In this document: positions 10,436 to 28,231 of the stretch, piece after piece
How the letters are laid out: each line of letters begins with the position of its first letter
Numbering within the stretch: position 1 is the first letter of the stretch
Source: a phage
Direction: 5' to 3' (one strand)
Length of the DNA stretch: 64,000 bases
Assembly (NCBI GenBank): GCA_011911785.1
Contig: GCA_011911785.1_4084.1
Position numbers and translations under genes: made by a program
The notes under the pieces: model-generated
The model's database searches: none
The model's input: the letters and a program-made list of their open reading frames with translations, nothing else
Told to the model about the DNA's origin: nothing

Positions 10436-11065
10436 ATGTCAAATTACAAAAAACTAATGGAGTCTTCTTCTAAGGCTGAAGCAATGACTTTTATTAAACT
10501 CAACGAATCCAATATCGAAAAAGCAGAAATTGTTTTGGCAGTTAAAGGTGAAATCGTTGATAAGCTACAACGTCAATCTGAAGTTATCAACAACATGGGC
10601 GTTGACGTACTAGGCCCACTACTTGACCGTATCAAAGCTGAGCAAGGTCTAGATGCAGCAGAAAACTTTAAAAACAGCGTTAGTGGTTTACTACAACAAG
10701 CAGTAACAACACTAATGGATGTTAAGGACAAGATCAGTACTGAAACTCTAAAGCTAACTGGTGATATCACTGATGCACCAGACGTATCCGATTTGGGTGC
10801 TGATGAGTTTGATGTTGATGTAACTTCTGAACCATCTTTTGATATGGGTGCAGATGCAGATTTCGAAGAAGACCTAATTTCAGAACCAATCCCAACCGAA
10901 CGTGAAATGAAAGAATCAGTACAATTCACAAAAATTGGTGTTGAGATGGAAAGTGTTCGTGGCACTATTGGTACTAAGTACTTCTCGAATAAAGCAGAAA
11001 TGAATTCTTGGCTAACTGAAAACCAACACAAAATCAAAAAAGTTTTGGGCGTTGTGAAGAAATAA
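10436..11065 (+). CDS. hypothetical acidic protein (209 aa)
   Basis: ORF track; AAGGAAA RBS. Confidence 0.55.
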   Translation: MSNYKKLMESSSKAEAMTFIKLNESNIEKAEIVLAVKGEIVDKLQRQSEVINNMGVDVLGPLLDRIKAEQGLDAAENFKNSVSGLLQQAVTTLMDVKDKISTETLKLTGDITDAPDVSDLGADEFDVDVTSEPSFDMGADADFEEDLISEPIPTEREMKESVQFTKIGVEMESVRGTIGTKYFSNKAEMNSWLTENQHKIKKVLGVVKK

Positions 11066-11075
11066 GGATATAATT

Positions 11076-11408
11076 ATGAAATTCAGTGATCTAACTGAAG
11101 ATGCACCACCAAAAGACATTCGCAACATGATCACATCTATTGCATTGTCTCTGGTATCTTCTGGTCGTGAAGAAGTGAATTTGCAATCCTTAATTTCCGA
11201 AATTAAAAAAAGAACTAACATCGACGTACCTTACAATGTGATGATGGATATTCTTAACACATTGCCATTTGTACAAGATGTTAATTCTGATATAGTGAAA
11301 TTTGCAGGTGCTGATGGGGACACAAATCCATCACCTGATGGACAAGAAAATTCAGAAGAACAGGTCACCGACTGGGCTACTAAAGCTGCATCTGTAACTA
11401 AAGATTAA
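11076..11408 (+). CDS. hypothetical protein (110 aa)
   Basis: ORF track; AAGGA RBS. Confidence 0.5.
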   Translation: MKFSDLTEDAPPKDIRNMITSIALSLVSSGREEVNLQSLISEIKKRTNIDVPYNVMMDILNTLPFVQDVNSDIVKFAGADGDTNPSPDGQENSEEQVTDWATKAASVTKD

Positions 11409-11412
11409 AAAA

Positions 11413-11442
11413 TTGAGACAAACAAAAATATAGTGCTATAAT
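11413..11442 (+). promoter_or_regulatory. sigma70-like promoter (TTGAGA-N18-TATAAT)
   Basis: TTGAGA at 11413-18 and TATAAT at 11437-42, directly upstream of RBS AGGAG and ATG 11456. Confidence 0.5.
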
Positions 11443-11455
11443 TAGGAGTACACGG

Positions 11456-12175
11456 ATGTACACACCACCGATTGTTAGCAGATATACTTATGTTGATTAT
11501 AAAAGAATTGAAGGCGGCTCTGAAGGTCGCCTTTATTCTACTCCAACGGGTAATCTGCCGTCAGTAACAACAATACTTAGTGCCACTTCAGATAATGAAG
11601 GTTTGAAGAAATGGCGTGAGTTTGTTGGAGAAGAAAAAGCAAATGAGATAACGTTGGAAGCCTGTACTGTTGGTACTTTCATGCATGAAAATTTAGAATT
11701 CCGTTTGGAAGGTAAACCAGACCATGAAGGTGGAATGCCAATACGAGTTCTTGCACGAAAAATGGCTGATAAAATCCAGTCAGAAGCATGGCCTCGAATC
11801 AACGAGGTATGGGGTCAAGAAGTTCCTTTATTCTATGAAGGTTTGTGGGCAGGAACAACAGATTTAGTTGGTGTTCATGATGGTATACCTACGATAATGG
11901 ATTATAAAAACTCCCGAAAACTCAAAACATGGGAACATATTGAAAATTATCGTATGCAAATCGCCGCGTATGCATTAGCACATAATCAAATGCATGGTAC
12001 TAACATTGAGCGTGGTGTGATTTTTATTTGTGTAAGAAAAGATCCACAAAATTTACAATATCAAGAATTTGTTATTGAAGGACAAGACTTTAAAGACGCA
12101 GTTGATATGTGGATTGGTCGTGTAGAACAATATTATATTTTACGTGGAGAAATTGAAGCCAATGGAGCAGCATAA
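11456..12175 (+). CDS. PD-(D/E)XK (RecB-like) family nuclease
   Basis: Motifs in order: D (TTDLVG), D-x-K (IMDYK), QxxxY (QIAAYALA), as in the RecB nuclease fold; 239 aa. Confidence 0.55.
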   Translation: MYTPPIVSRYTYVDYKRIEGGSEGRLYSTPTGNLPSVTTILSATSDNEGLKKWREFVGEEKANEITLEACTVGTFMHENLEFRLEGKPDHEGGMPIRVLARKMADKIQSEAWPRINEVWGQEVPLFYEGLWAGTTDLVGVHDGIPTIMDYKNSRKLKTWEHIENYRMQIAAYALAHNQMHGTNIERGVIFICVRKDPQNLQYQEFVIEGQDFKDAVDMWIGRVEQYYILRGEIEANGAA

Positions 12176-12722
12176 ACAAATGAAACAAGACTTATATATT
12201 ATCAAAGCACTACGTAGTAAAGGTTATGAAATCGATGAAGTTATGGCAATGAGCATTGAGGAAATCGAAGCATTACCACTACCACAGCGTATCATTGAAA
12301 ACGCAAAGGATTACAAAGCTCGTGGTGCTAAGCCAGTAGAAGTAATCAAAGAAAAGATTTTTGAAGATATTAGTGTAGATGAAGCATCTCGTAATGTTAA
12401 ACCTGAAGTTATCGAAGAATACGTAGAAAATTCAGAAGATCAAGAAAAAGCACTAGAAGAAGTAAAACAAATTGTAGAAGAACAACAAGAATCTGTTGAA
12501 TCCGAAGAAGATGTTGTTGTTATTGAGCGTATCGAAGCTTCCAAAGAAGATCTAGATATCATCAAAACTTCTCTACAATCAAAAGAACTAAAAACTGTAG
12601 CAGCATATATCAAACACCTAAAAGCTGAAGTTCCAGAAGCAATTCTTGCAGCGGTTGATAGTTCAGTTGTATCTCGTTTAGTTAACGAGCGTATTGCTGA
12701 AGTAAAAGAAAATGCTAAATAA
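12144..12722 (+). CDS. hypothetical acidic protein (192 aa; start uncertain)
   Basis: ORF track; Glu-rich; alternative in-frame ATGs at 12162 and 12180. Confidence 0.5.
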   Translation: MEKLKPMEQHKQMKQDLYIIKALRSKGYEIDEVMAMSIEEIEALPLPQRIIENAKDYKARGAKPVEVIKEKIFEDISVDEASRNVKPEVIEEYVENSEDQEKALEEVKQIVEEQQESVESEEDVVVIERIEASKEDLDIIKTSLQSKELKTVAAYIKHLKAEVPEAILAAVDSSVVSRLVNERIAEVKENAK

Positions 12723-12750
12723 TCCTATAATACTATAGGAGAACATTAGT

Positions 12751-13332
12751 ATGGCACAACAACAGATTGCGTTGCAGCAAATTAGAACTGGCAAACAGCG
12801 TGATTTACCAGATGCATTAGAAAAAGGTCAATTGGCATTCAGTACTGATGTAGGTCGTATGTTTGTTGGTTTACCTTCTTCATCTGACCCAGCTAGTATT
12901 GTAGCGGGTAGAACATGGGAAACTGACCCTAATTCTGGTAAAGAAAACGTGGAAATCATCACAGAATTTACCCCGTGGCAAACTGTTTCTAAAATTATAA
13001 ATCGACCATTCGTTTATGATTTACTTAAAGATGTAGAGACGTATGACATTTATATTCAAAGTCAAAGTCGTGTATTCGTTGATTACATTGCTTATAATAC
13101 CAGTAATACAATTCTTGAATCAGGAACTATTCAAATTGTAACGATTGGTGGAAACACTCTACTAACCCAATTTAACAATACCAACAGACCAGATGCTATT
13201 ATATCTATTACATTCGAAAATCCAAGTTACGATGAACAAACTAAAAATATGAGTTTCACAGTTCGTAATAATGATTTTGCAGAATCAGGATATACTTTAG
13301 AATTTGTATACCGTGGGTGGGACAAACCTTAA
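12751..13332 (+). CDS. hypothetical protein with tail-fibre-like N-terminal motif (193 aa)
   Basis: N-terminus RTGKQRDLPDALEKGQLAFSTDVGRMFVG resembles the conserved N-terminal motif of many phage tail-fibre/receptor-binding proteins; followed by a terminator. Confidence 0.5.
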   Translation: MAQQQIALQQIRTGKQRDLPDALEKGQLAFSTDVGRMFVGLPSSSDPASIVAGRTWETDPNSGKENVEIITEFTPWQTVSKIINRPFVYDLLKDVETYDIYIQSQSRVFVDYIAYNTSNTILESGTIQIVTIGGNTLLTQFNNTNRPDAIISITFENPSYDEQTKNMSFTVRNNDFAESGYTLEFVYRGWDKP

Positions 13333-13351
13333 AAGGCGTCCCGCCTTTTTC
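13331..13351 (+). terminator. intrinsic terminator
   Basis: GGCG-TCC-CGCC hairpin flanked by A-run and TTTTT. Confidence 0.6.
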
Positions 13352-13411
13352 TTCCCCATAATTTTGCAGTACTAAATATTGAACTGAAATAATGAGTAAC
13401 AAGGATGATAA

Positions 13412-15730
13412 ATGATTAACGTAACCAAACGTGATGGTTCAAAGGAACCGTTGAATCTGGACAAAATTCACCAAATTTTATTCTTTTCGTGTGAAGGTCT
13501 AAGTGGTGTGTCTGTATCTGAAATCGAGATTAAAGCACAACTACAATTTTATGAAGGTATTGAAAGTAGTACTATTCATGATATTCTTATTAAATCCGCT
13601 GCTGAACTAATCACAGAGGATACCCCGAATTATCAATACGTTGCTGGTCGCCTACTAAACTATAGTATTCGTAAGCAAGTATATGGACAATATGAGCCAA
13701 TTAAATATTCTGCTCATCTACAGGAGATGGTAGACACTAAGATTTATGATCCTGAAATCCTAGAAAAATACACCCTACAAGAAATCGAAGAATTGGGTAA
13801 GTATATCAAGCATAAGCGTGATGACCGTTTCACCTATGTCGCAATGCGTCAATGGGAAGGGAAGTATTTGTGTAAGAACCGTGTAACCAAAAAGATTTAT
13901 GAATCCCCGCAAATGGCATACATGACCATTGCCGCAATTATCTTTATGGGTTATGATAAAGACGTTCGTATGTCATATGTTAAGAAGTTTTATGATGCAA
14001 TCAGTAACTTCGACATTAGTCTACCTACACCAATCATGGCTGGCTTACGTACTAATACACGTCAGTTTAGCTCATGTGTAGTACTAAACGTTGGTGATAG
14101 TCTAGATAGTATTGGTTCATCAAACCATGCTATTTTGCGTTATATCTCACGCAAAGCAGGACTTGGTATCAACATGGGACGTATTCGTGCACTTGATTCT
14201 GAAATCCGTGGTGGTGATGCAGTACATACTGGTTTGATTCCATTTATCGCAAGTACTGCAAAAACCGTTAAAAGCTGTTCACAAGGTGGTGTGCGTGGTG
14301 GTGCAGCAACTGTGCATTTCCCATTGTGGCATTTAGAATTTGAAAGTTTAGTTGTATTAAAGAATAACAAAGGTACTGAATTTAACCGAGTACGTCAACT
14401 AGATTATTGTTTCCAGATTAATAAAACTTTATATCAACGTTTGGTTGATAATAAAAATATTAGTTTCTTTAGTCCTGGTGATGTTCCTGGGTTATATGAA
14501 GCATTCTGCTCTAACCAAAAAGAATTCGAGCGTCTATACAAGAAATATGAAGCAGACCCAAGTATTCGTAAGAAAGTGGTTCCAGCATTGGAAGTATTCA
14601 GTACTTTAATGCAAGAGCGTGCAGAAACTGGTCGTATCTATATTCAAAATATTGACCATGCAAATACGCATTCACCATTTGATGAAGTTGTTGCACCTGT
14701 TGAGCAATCCAACTTATGTCAAGAAATCGCACTACCGTCAGTGCCATTTGATGATATTAATAATGGTGATGGTCTAATTAGCCTATGTACTCTAAGTGCA
14801 ATTAACTGGGGTAATTTTGAAAATCCAGAAGATATGGAGTTGGCGTGTGAGTTGTCAGTTCGTGCATTAGACTCTCTATTAGACTATCAGGACTACCCCG
14901 TATTGCACGCAGAACGAGCTACAAACCTCTATCGTCCATTGGGTGTGGGTATCATTAACTTCGCTTACTTCTTAGCTAAGCGTGGCTTACGTTACGATTC
15001 TAAAGCATTGGATACCGTAAACACATGGACTGAAGCATGGTCATATTATTTGCTTAAGGCATCCGTCCAACTGGCAAAAGAAAAAGGCCGCTGTGAAGGT
15101 TTTGAAAATCTGAAATATGCAAAAGGTATTTTGCCTATCGATACCTATAAATCAGATATTGATGAATTAGTTTCTTCTGAGTTGAAACAAGACTGGGAAT
15201 CATTACGTGCTGATATCAAACAATATGGTATTCGTAACGCAACAACTATGGCATTAATGCCAGCAGAAACTAGTGCACAAATCAGTAATAGTACTAATGG
15301 TATCGAAAAACCGCGTTCGCTAGTATCACGTAAAATATCCAAAGATGGTATTTTGAAACAAGTAGTTCCTGAGATTGGTAAGTTGAAGAATAAGTACGAT
15401 CTACTATGGGATCAAAAAGATAATATTGGTTATCTACAAATCTGTGGTATTCTTCAGAAGTATATTGACCAAAGTATTAGTGTCAACACTAGTTACAATC
15501 CTGAGCATTTCCCAGAAGGGAAATTACCAATGTCTACACTTTTGACTGAATTGATGTATGCGTACAAAGTAGGTCTTAAGAACCTTTACTATCATAACAC
15601 CAATGATGGTTCAGATGAAATCGACGTTGAGAAACTACTAAATGAATCAGCACCAAAAGAGAAAGGTGGTTTTGTATTACCTGACCTCACTGGAATGGAT
15701 GCTGATGACTGCGACAGTTGCAAAATCTAA
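13412..15730 (+). CDS. nrdA: ribonucleoside-diphosphate reductase large subunit (class I)
   Basis: N-terminal ATP-cone (VTKRDGSKEPLNLDKIHQ); 772 aa; active-site region NLCQEIALP; C-terminal Cys pair; followed by nrdB. Confidence 0.95.
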   Translation: MINVTKRDGSKEPLNLDKIHQILFFSCEGLSGVSVSEIEIKAQLQFYEGIESSTIHDILIKSAAELITEDTPNYQYVAGRLLNYSIRKQVYGQYEPIKYSAHLQEMVDTKIYDPEILEKYTLQEIEELGKYIKHKRDDRFTYVAMRQWEGKYLCKNRVTKKIYESPQMAYMTIAAIIFMGYDKDVRMSYVKKFYDAISNFDISLPTPIMAGLRTNTRQFSSCVVLNVGDSLDSIGSSNHAILRYISRKAGLGINMGRIRALDSEIRGGDAVHTGLIPFIASTAKTVKSCSQGGVRGGAATVHFPLWHLEFESLVVLKNNKGTEFNRVRQLDYCFQINKTLYQRLVDNKNISFFSPGDVPGLYEAFCSNQKEFERLYKKYEADPSIRKKVVPALEVFSTLMQERAETGRIYIQNIDHANTHSPFDEVVAPVEQSNLCQEIALPSVPFDDINNGDGLISLCTLSAINWGNFENPEDMELACELSVRALDSLLDYQDYPVLHAERATNLYRPLGVGIINFAYFLAKRGLRYDSKALDTVNTWTEAWSYYLLKASVQLAKEKGRCEGFENLKYAKGILPIDTYKSDIDELVSSELKQDWESLRADIKQYGIRNATTMALMPAETSAQISNSTNGIEKPRSLVSRKISKDGILKQVVPEIGKLKNKYDLLWDQKDNIGYLQICGILQKYIDQSISVNTSYNPEHFPEGKLPMSTLLTELMYAYKVGLKNLYYHNTNDGSDEIDVEKLLNESAPKEKGGFVLPDLTGMDADDCDSCKI

Positions 15731-15735
15731 TAATT

Positions 15736-15757
15736 AATCCCACTTCGGTGGGATTTT
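15736..15757 (+). terminator. intrinsic terminator / inter-cistronic hairpin
   Basis: AATCCCAC-TTCG-GTGGGATT perfect hairpin followed by TTTC. Confidence 0.55.
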
Positions 15758-15775
15758 CTACAAAAAGGAATATAA

Positions 15776-16900
15776 ATGTCAGTCTTTAAAATTAACGAAA
15801 AATCACACTTAGAAAAAAATATGTTTTTTGATGAAAGTGTTGACATTCAACGATTTGAAAGTGTAAAATATTCAGCACTAGAGAAACTAACTGAGCAACA
15901 AAAAAGTTTCTTCTGGACACCTGGTGAAGTTGATGTAACCAAAGATAAGATTGATTTTGCAGGTTTATCACCATCTGAAAAGCATATCTTTGATTCGAAT
16001 CTAAAGCGTCAAATCTTACTTGATTCGGTTCAGGGTCGTGGTCCAAACTTGATGCTTCTCCCCTATGCATCATTACCAGAATTAGAAAACTTCATTGAAA
16101 CTTGGGCATTTTTCGAAGGTGCAATCCACAGTAAGTCATATACGCACATCATTCGTAATATCTATGCAAATCCATCAGAAATTTTTGATACTATGCTTGA
16201 TATTCCAGAAATCACCGATTGTGCGGCAGATGTGTCTAAGTACTATGATGAACTGGATGAGCTAGGTACATGGTACAAAGTACTGGGTGAAGGAACACAT
16301 AATGTCAATGGTAAAACTATTGTCGTTGATATGTACGAACTTAAAAAGAAAATGTGGCTGTGCTTGAATAGTATCAACATTCTTGAAGGCGTTCGTTTTT
16401 ACGCTTCTTTTGCTTGTTCCTGGGCTTTTGCTGAAAATAAATTGATGGAAGGTAACGCAAAGATTATCCGTCTAATCTGTCGTGATGAAAACCTACATCT
16501 TGCCGCAACCCAAATGATTCTACGTCTTCTTAAGAAAGAAGATCCAGACTTTGCAAAAATTGCAGAAGAGTGCTATGATACAGTACAAGCAATGTTCATT
16601 GATGCCATTGAACAAGAAGAAAAGTGGGCAGACTATCTATTCAAAGATGGTTCTATCATTGGGTTGAATGCAGAAATCCTAAAACAATATGTTCGTTGGA
16701 TTGGTTCTAAACGTATGTCCGGTGTTGGTGTTAAATGTCCGTACAGTGTATCAAAGAACAATCCACTACCTTGGACTGAACACTGGATTACAAGTGCAGA
16801 TGTTCAAGTCGCACCACAAGAAACTGAAATCAGTTCATATATCATTGGTGGTATTGTGAACGATGTGAATGAAGATACTTTTACTCCATTCAAACTATAA
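15776..16900 (+). CDS. nrdB: ribonucleoside-diphosphate reductase small subunit (class I)
   Basis: 374 aa; di-iron ferritin-like fold signature; directly downstream of nrdA. Confidence 0.95.
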   Translation: MSVFKINEKSHLEKNMFFDESVDIQRFESVKYSALEKLTEQQKSFFWTPGEVDVTKDKIDFAGLSPSEKHIFDSNLKRQILLDSVQGRGPNLMLLPYASLPELENFIETWAFFEGAIHSKSYTHIIRNIYANPSEIFDTMLDIPEITDCAADVSKYYDELDELGTWYKVLGEGTHNVNGKTIVVDMYELKKKMWLCLNSINILEGVRFYASFACSWAFAENKLMEGNAKIIRLICRDENLHLAATQMILRLLKKEDPDFAKIAEECYDTVQAMFIDAIEQEEKWADYLFKDGSIIGLNAEILKQYVRWIGSKRMSGVGVKCPYSVSKNNPLPWTEHWITSADVQVAPQETEISSYIIGGIVNDVNEDTFTPFKL

Positions 16901-16911
16901 TAATCTAACCT

Positions 16912-16936
16912 AGGGGATTCAACTGAATCCCCTTTT
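16912..16936 (+). terminator. intrinsic terminator
   Basis: AGGGGATTC-AACT-GAATCCCCT hairpin followed by TTT. Confidence 0.6.
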
Positions 16937-16950
16937 ACATGGGTATATTT

Positions 16951-17124
16951 TATGAATGATATTTTTTCAATTGAGCCTGGTATCGTCTATGAGTTTGTTG
17001 TTGTAGGTGGATACAAAATTACTGGTTCTGTGATTGCAGTACGTGATAATGGTATGATCTTAAATGATGGTACACATCTCGTGCAAGCACATGTGATAAT
17101 GTTTACACCTAAAATTGAAGAATA
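16951..17124 (+). CDS. possible small ORF (57 aa)
   Basis: ATG...TAA open frame between terminator and next promoter; below ORF-track size cutoff; no clear RBS. Confidence 0.3.
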
Positions 17125-17138
17125 ATCTGGTACTGTGT

Positions 17139-17150
17139 GTTTTATGGTGA
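17139..17150 (+). promoter_or_regulatory. extended -10 promoter element (TGaTATAAT)
   Basis: GGTGATATAATTG upstream of RBS AGGAG and GTG 17187. Confidence 0.4.
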
Positions 17151-22733
<5,583 letters not shown>

Positions 22734-22777
22734 CAATAAATAATCAAAAGTGCTTTGTATAATGGAGAAAATATACA

Positions 22778-23344
22778 GTGAACAATTTATTAAAAGTATT
22801 TAAAATCAGTGTGTCTGGTACAAATCTAGATAACAAAATGTATAATCAATATGATGATTATGATTCATCAGATGCAACACTAGCACCAACTGATGCAGAA
22901 ACTAAAGCGAAAAGTATTGCTTACTTGCGTATGCAATATGTAACTCGTTTACTATCTGAATATTCAGTACCTACCTATTATACCGTAGAATTCGGTACTG
23001 AAGGTACAGCAAAAACCATCCCTTCTGATGCATCTATTCATGTTGGGTATATTAGTTATGAGCCATTCTTAAGCACATTGAGTGCTGAAGAACAAAAAGA
23101 ACTCACAACTGAAGATCTAAAAACTGCCGCAGCAGCTAAAGTTATTCAGGATATGCTAAATGCAGCATTAACTGGTAACGGTACTAATGCATTAGAAAAA
23201 GAACAAATTTCAGTTCAAAAAACCATCCAACGTATTGATAATGCTTTCGAAAAAACCACCATTGATTTTGTGGAATATGAAAACATTTACGTTGATGTGC
23301 CATCTTTGGCTGATGCAACCGAAGTAACATACGTTAAACTATAA
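22778..23344 (+). CDS. hypothetical protein (188 aa)
   Basis: ORF track; GTG start with GGAG 10 nt upstream; alternative ATG at 22838. Confidence 0.5.
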   Translation: MNNLLKVFKISVSGTNLDNKMYNQYDDYDSSDATLAPTDAETKAKSIAYLRMQYVTRLLSEYSVPTYYTVEFGTEGTAKTIPSDASIHVGYISYEPFLSTLSAEEQKELTTEDLKTAAAAKVIQDMLNAALTGNGTNALEKEQISVQKTIQRIDNAFEKTTIDFVEYENIYVDVPSLADATEVTYVKL

Positions 23345-23368
23345 TTTTTATTACATGGAGTTCTTGAC

Positions 23369-23563
23369 ATGGAAGACAAATCATTCTATGATCGTATCAT
23401 TGATGACAAAGGTGTATTCGACAAAGTTGTATATGACCTTGACATTATGATTAAAAATGCACCAAATCCACGAGTTCGTACTCAAGCTGAGTTTGCAAAA
23501 ACTTATCTCATTCAAGTACAAGCTATTTGTGATGCATTAAAAAAACACAATAATGGAGCTTGA
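23369..23563 (+). CDS. hypothetical small protein (64 aa)
   Basis: ORF track; GGAG RBS. Confidence 0.4.
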   Translation: MEDKSFYDRIIDDKGVFDKVVYDLDIMIKNAPNPRVRTQAEFAKTYLIQVQAICDALKKHNNGA

Positions 23564-23588
23564 CAGAAATCAATTATTGTTATACAAT
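23560..23588 (+). promoter_or_regulatory. sigma70-like promoter (TTGACA-N17-TACAAT)
   Basis: TTGACA at 23560-65, TACAAT at 23583-88; about 45-nt leader to the IF3-like gene. Confidence 0.55.
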
Positions 23589-23636
23589 CTTTACTGTAAC
23601 CAACACCTATTACAAACTATTTGGAGCTTTTATTAC

Positions 23637-26880
<3,244 letters not shown>

Positions 26881-26881
<1 letters not shown>

Positions 26882-27735
26882 TGCCATCTAAATCAAAATC
26901 ACAGGCTCGCTTTATGGCGGCAGCAGCACATGATCCAGAATTTGCTAAACGTAATGGTATTTCACAAGATGCTGCGAAAGAGTGGAATCATGCTGATGAA
27001 AAAGCTGGAAATCTTAAAAAAGGGGCGAAGTTGCCCCAACACGTTAAAAAGAAAACAACCGAATCTTCGATGAAAGGTTGGGTTGATATAATTCAAGATG
27101 CAGAAATTGCACAGGACAATCCTGAAATTGATGATACAATGGATGTACACGCAGATGATTGTGAGTGTGAACAGTGTTGTCAAAATAAAGAACATCACTT
27201 CTATGAAAATACTGAGAAGTTGGAAGAAATGCCACAACGCTTTGATAGTTTTCAGGGACAAGACCGTGATGAGTTTGTCGATAAGACAGCAGAAATGACA
27301 GGTAAACATAACATGGTAATCTTTGCTAAACATAACGATTATGATGTTTATCAGAATAAGAACGGAACTGGTTTTATTGCATATGATAAAAGTGGTAAGC
27401 AACTAGCAATTGTCAGTGGACATACTTCAAATGATGCAGTACTAGGTGTTCAGAATGTTTTCGAAATCGCAGCAACTGCATCTAAAACTGGCACAAAAGG
27501 TATCATTTACACTATCTTTATGGATATGGTAAAGCACGGATACGCTATACTTAGTGATAGTTTACACACTGATGATGCAATTAAATTTTGGACTCGACTA
27601 ATTGGTTCACATCAAGTGTACATTGTTGGTGGTGGTGAAGTTTTAGCAAAGGCAACACCAGAAAAAGTTCACAAATATTGGAGTGATGATGAGACAAGCC
27701 CAAGTGCTGAGTTACAATTACTCCTTGTTAAATAA
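26881..27735 (+). CDS. hypothetical protein (284 aa)
   Basis: ORF track; ATGA-type overlap; Cys cluster DDCECEQCC. Confidence 0.55.
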
Positions 27736-27744
27736 GGATACTAT

Positions 27745-28131
27745 ATGAGTATACTTTTAGTTTTTGGGCTATTGGCATTATTTCAAATAAAACATTTTCT
27801 GTGTGATTATATATTCCAAGGCAAATACATGCTTGGTAAATTTAAAGAGCATGGGTGGTTTCTACCATTGACAGCACACGTTGCTGTTCATGTATTAGGA
27901 ACTGCAATAATTATTGCAATTTTTGCTTGTTATATTGGAACAACGTGGAAGGTGTTTTTCATGCTTCTTGCAATTGATGCAGTTGTTCATTTTGTAATGG
28001 ACCGAGTTAAAGTTGTTGGCTCTAAACAACACACACCACAAGATGCTGAATTTTGGTGGTGGTTAGGGTATGATCAAATGATTCATCATTTTACCCATTA
28101 TGTTATCATTTTTGGATTACTTCTTTTGTAA
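27745..28131 (+). CDS. integral membrane protein with conserved His residues (128 aa)
   Basis: ORF track; several hydrophobic helices. Confidence 0.55.
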   Translation: MSILLVFGLLALFQIKHFLCDYIFQGKYMLGKFKEHGWFLPLTAHVAVHVLGTAIIIAIFACYIGTTWKVFFMLLAIDAVVHFVMDRVKVVGSKQHTPQDAEFWWWLGYDQMIHHFTHYVIIFGLLLL

Positions 28132-28167
28132 TTATATTCGGGGGGCTTTATGCTCTCCGAATTCTTT

Positions 28168-28202
28168 TTGAGACAAATAAACTTTTCGTGATACAATATC
28201 AC
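28168..28202 (+). promoter_or_regulatory. sigma70-like promoter with palindromic -10 region
   Basis: TTGAGA at 28168-73, TACAAT at 28192-97 embedded in palindrome GTGATA-CAA-TATCAC (28188-28202). Confidence 0.45.
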
Positions 28203-28231
28203 AAGACACAGAGACACTAAAAGGAATTAAA

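Noticed and set aside
12751-13332. Diversity-generating retroelement centred on the tail-fibre-like protein
   Set aside because: No reverse-transcriptase motif (YxDD) and no template/variable repeat pair were found in the window.
14140-14370. Minus-strand ORFs inside nrdA (14140-14370, 15145-15342) and similar antisense ORFs inside other large genes (e.g. 2248-2610, 7155-7376, 10573-11037, 26962-27402, 28304-28657, 29392-29628, 31187-31462, 41611-42045)
   Set aside because: Fully embedded antisense to well-supported conserved genes, with no RBS or promoter context; typical spurious antisense frames.
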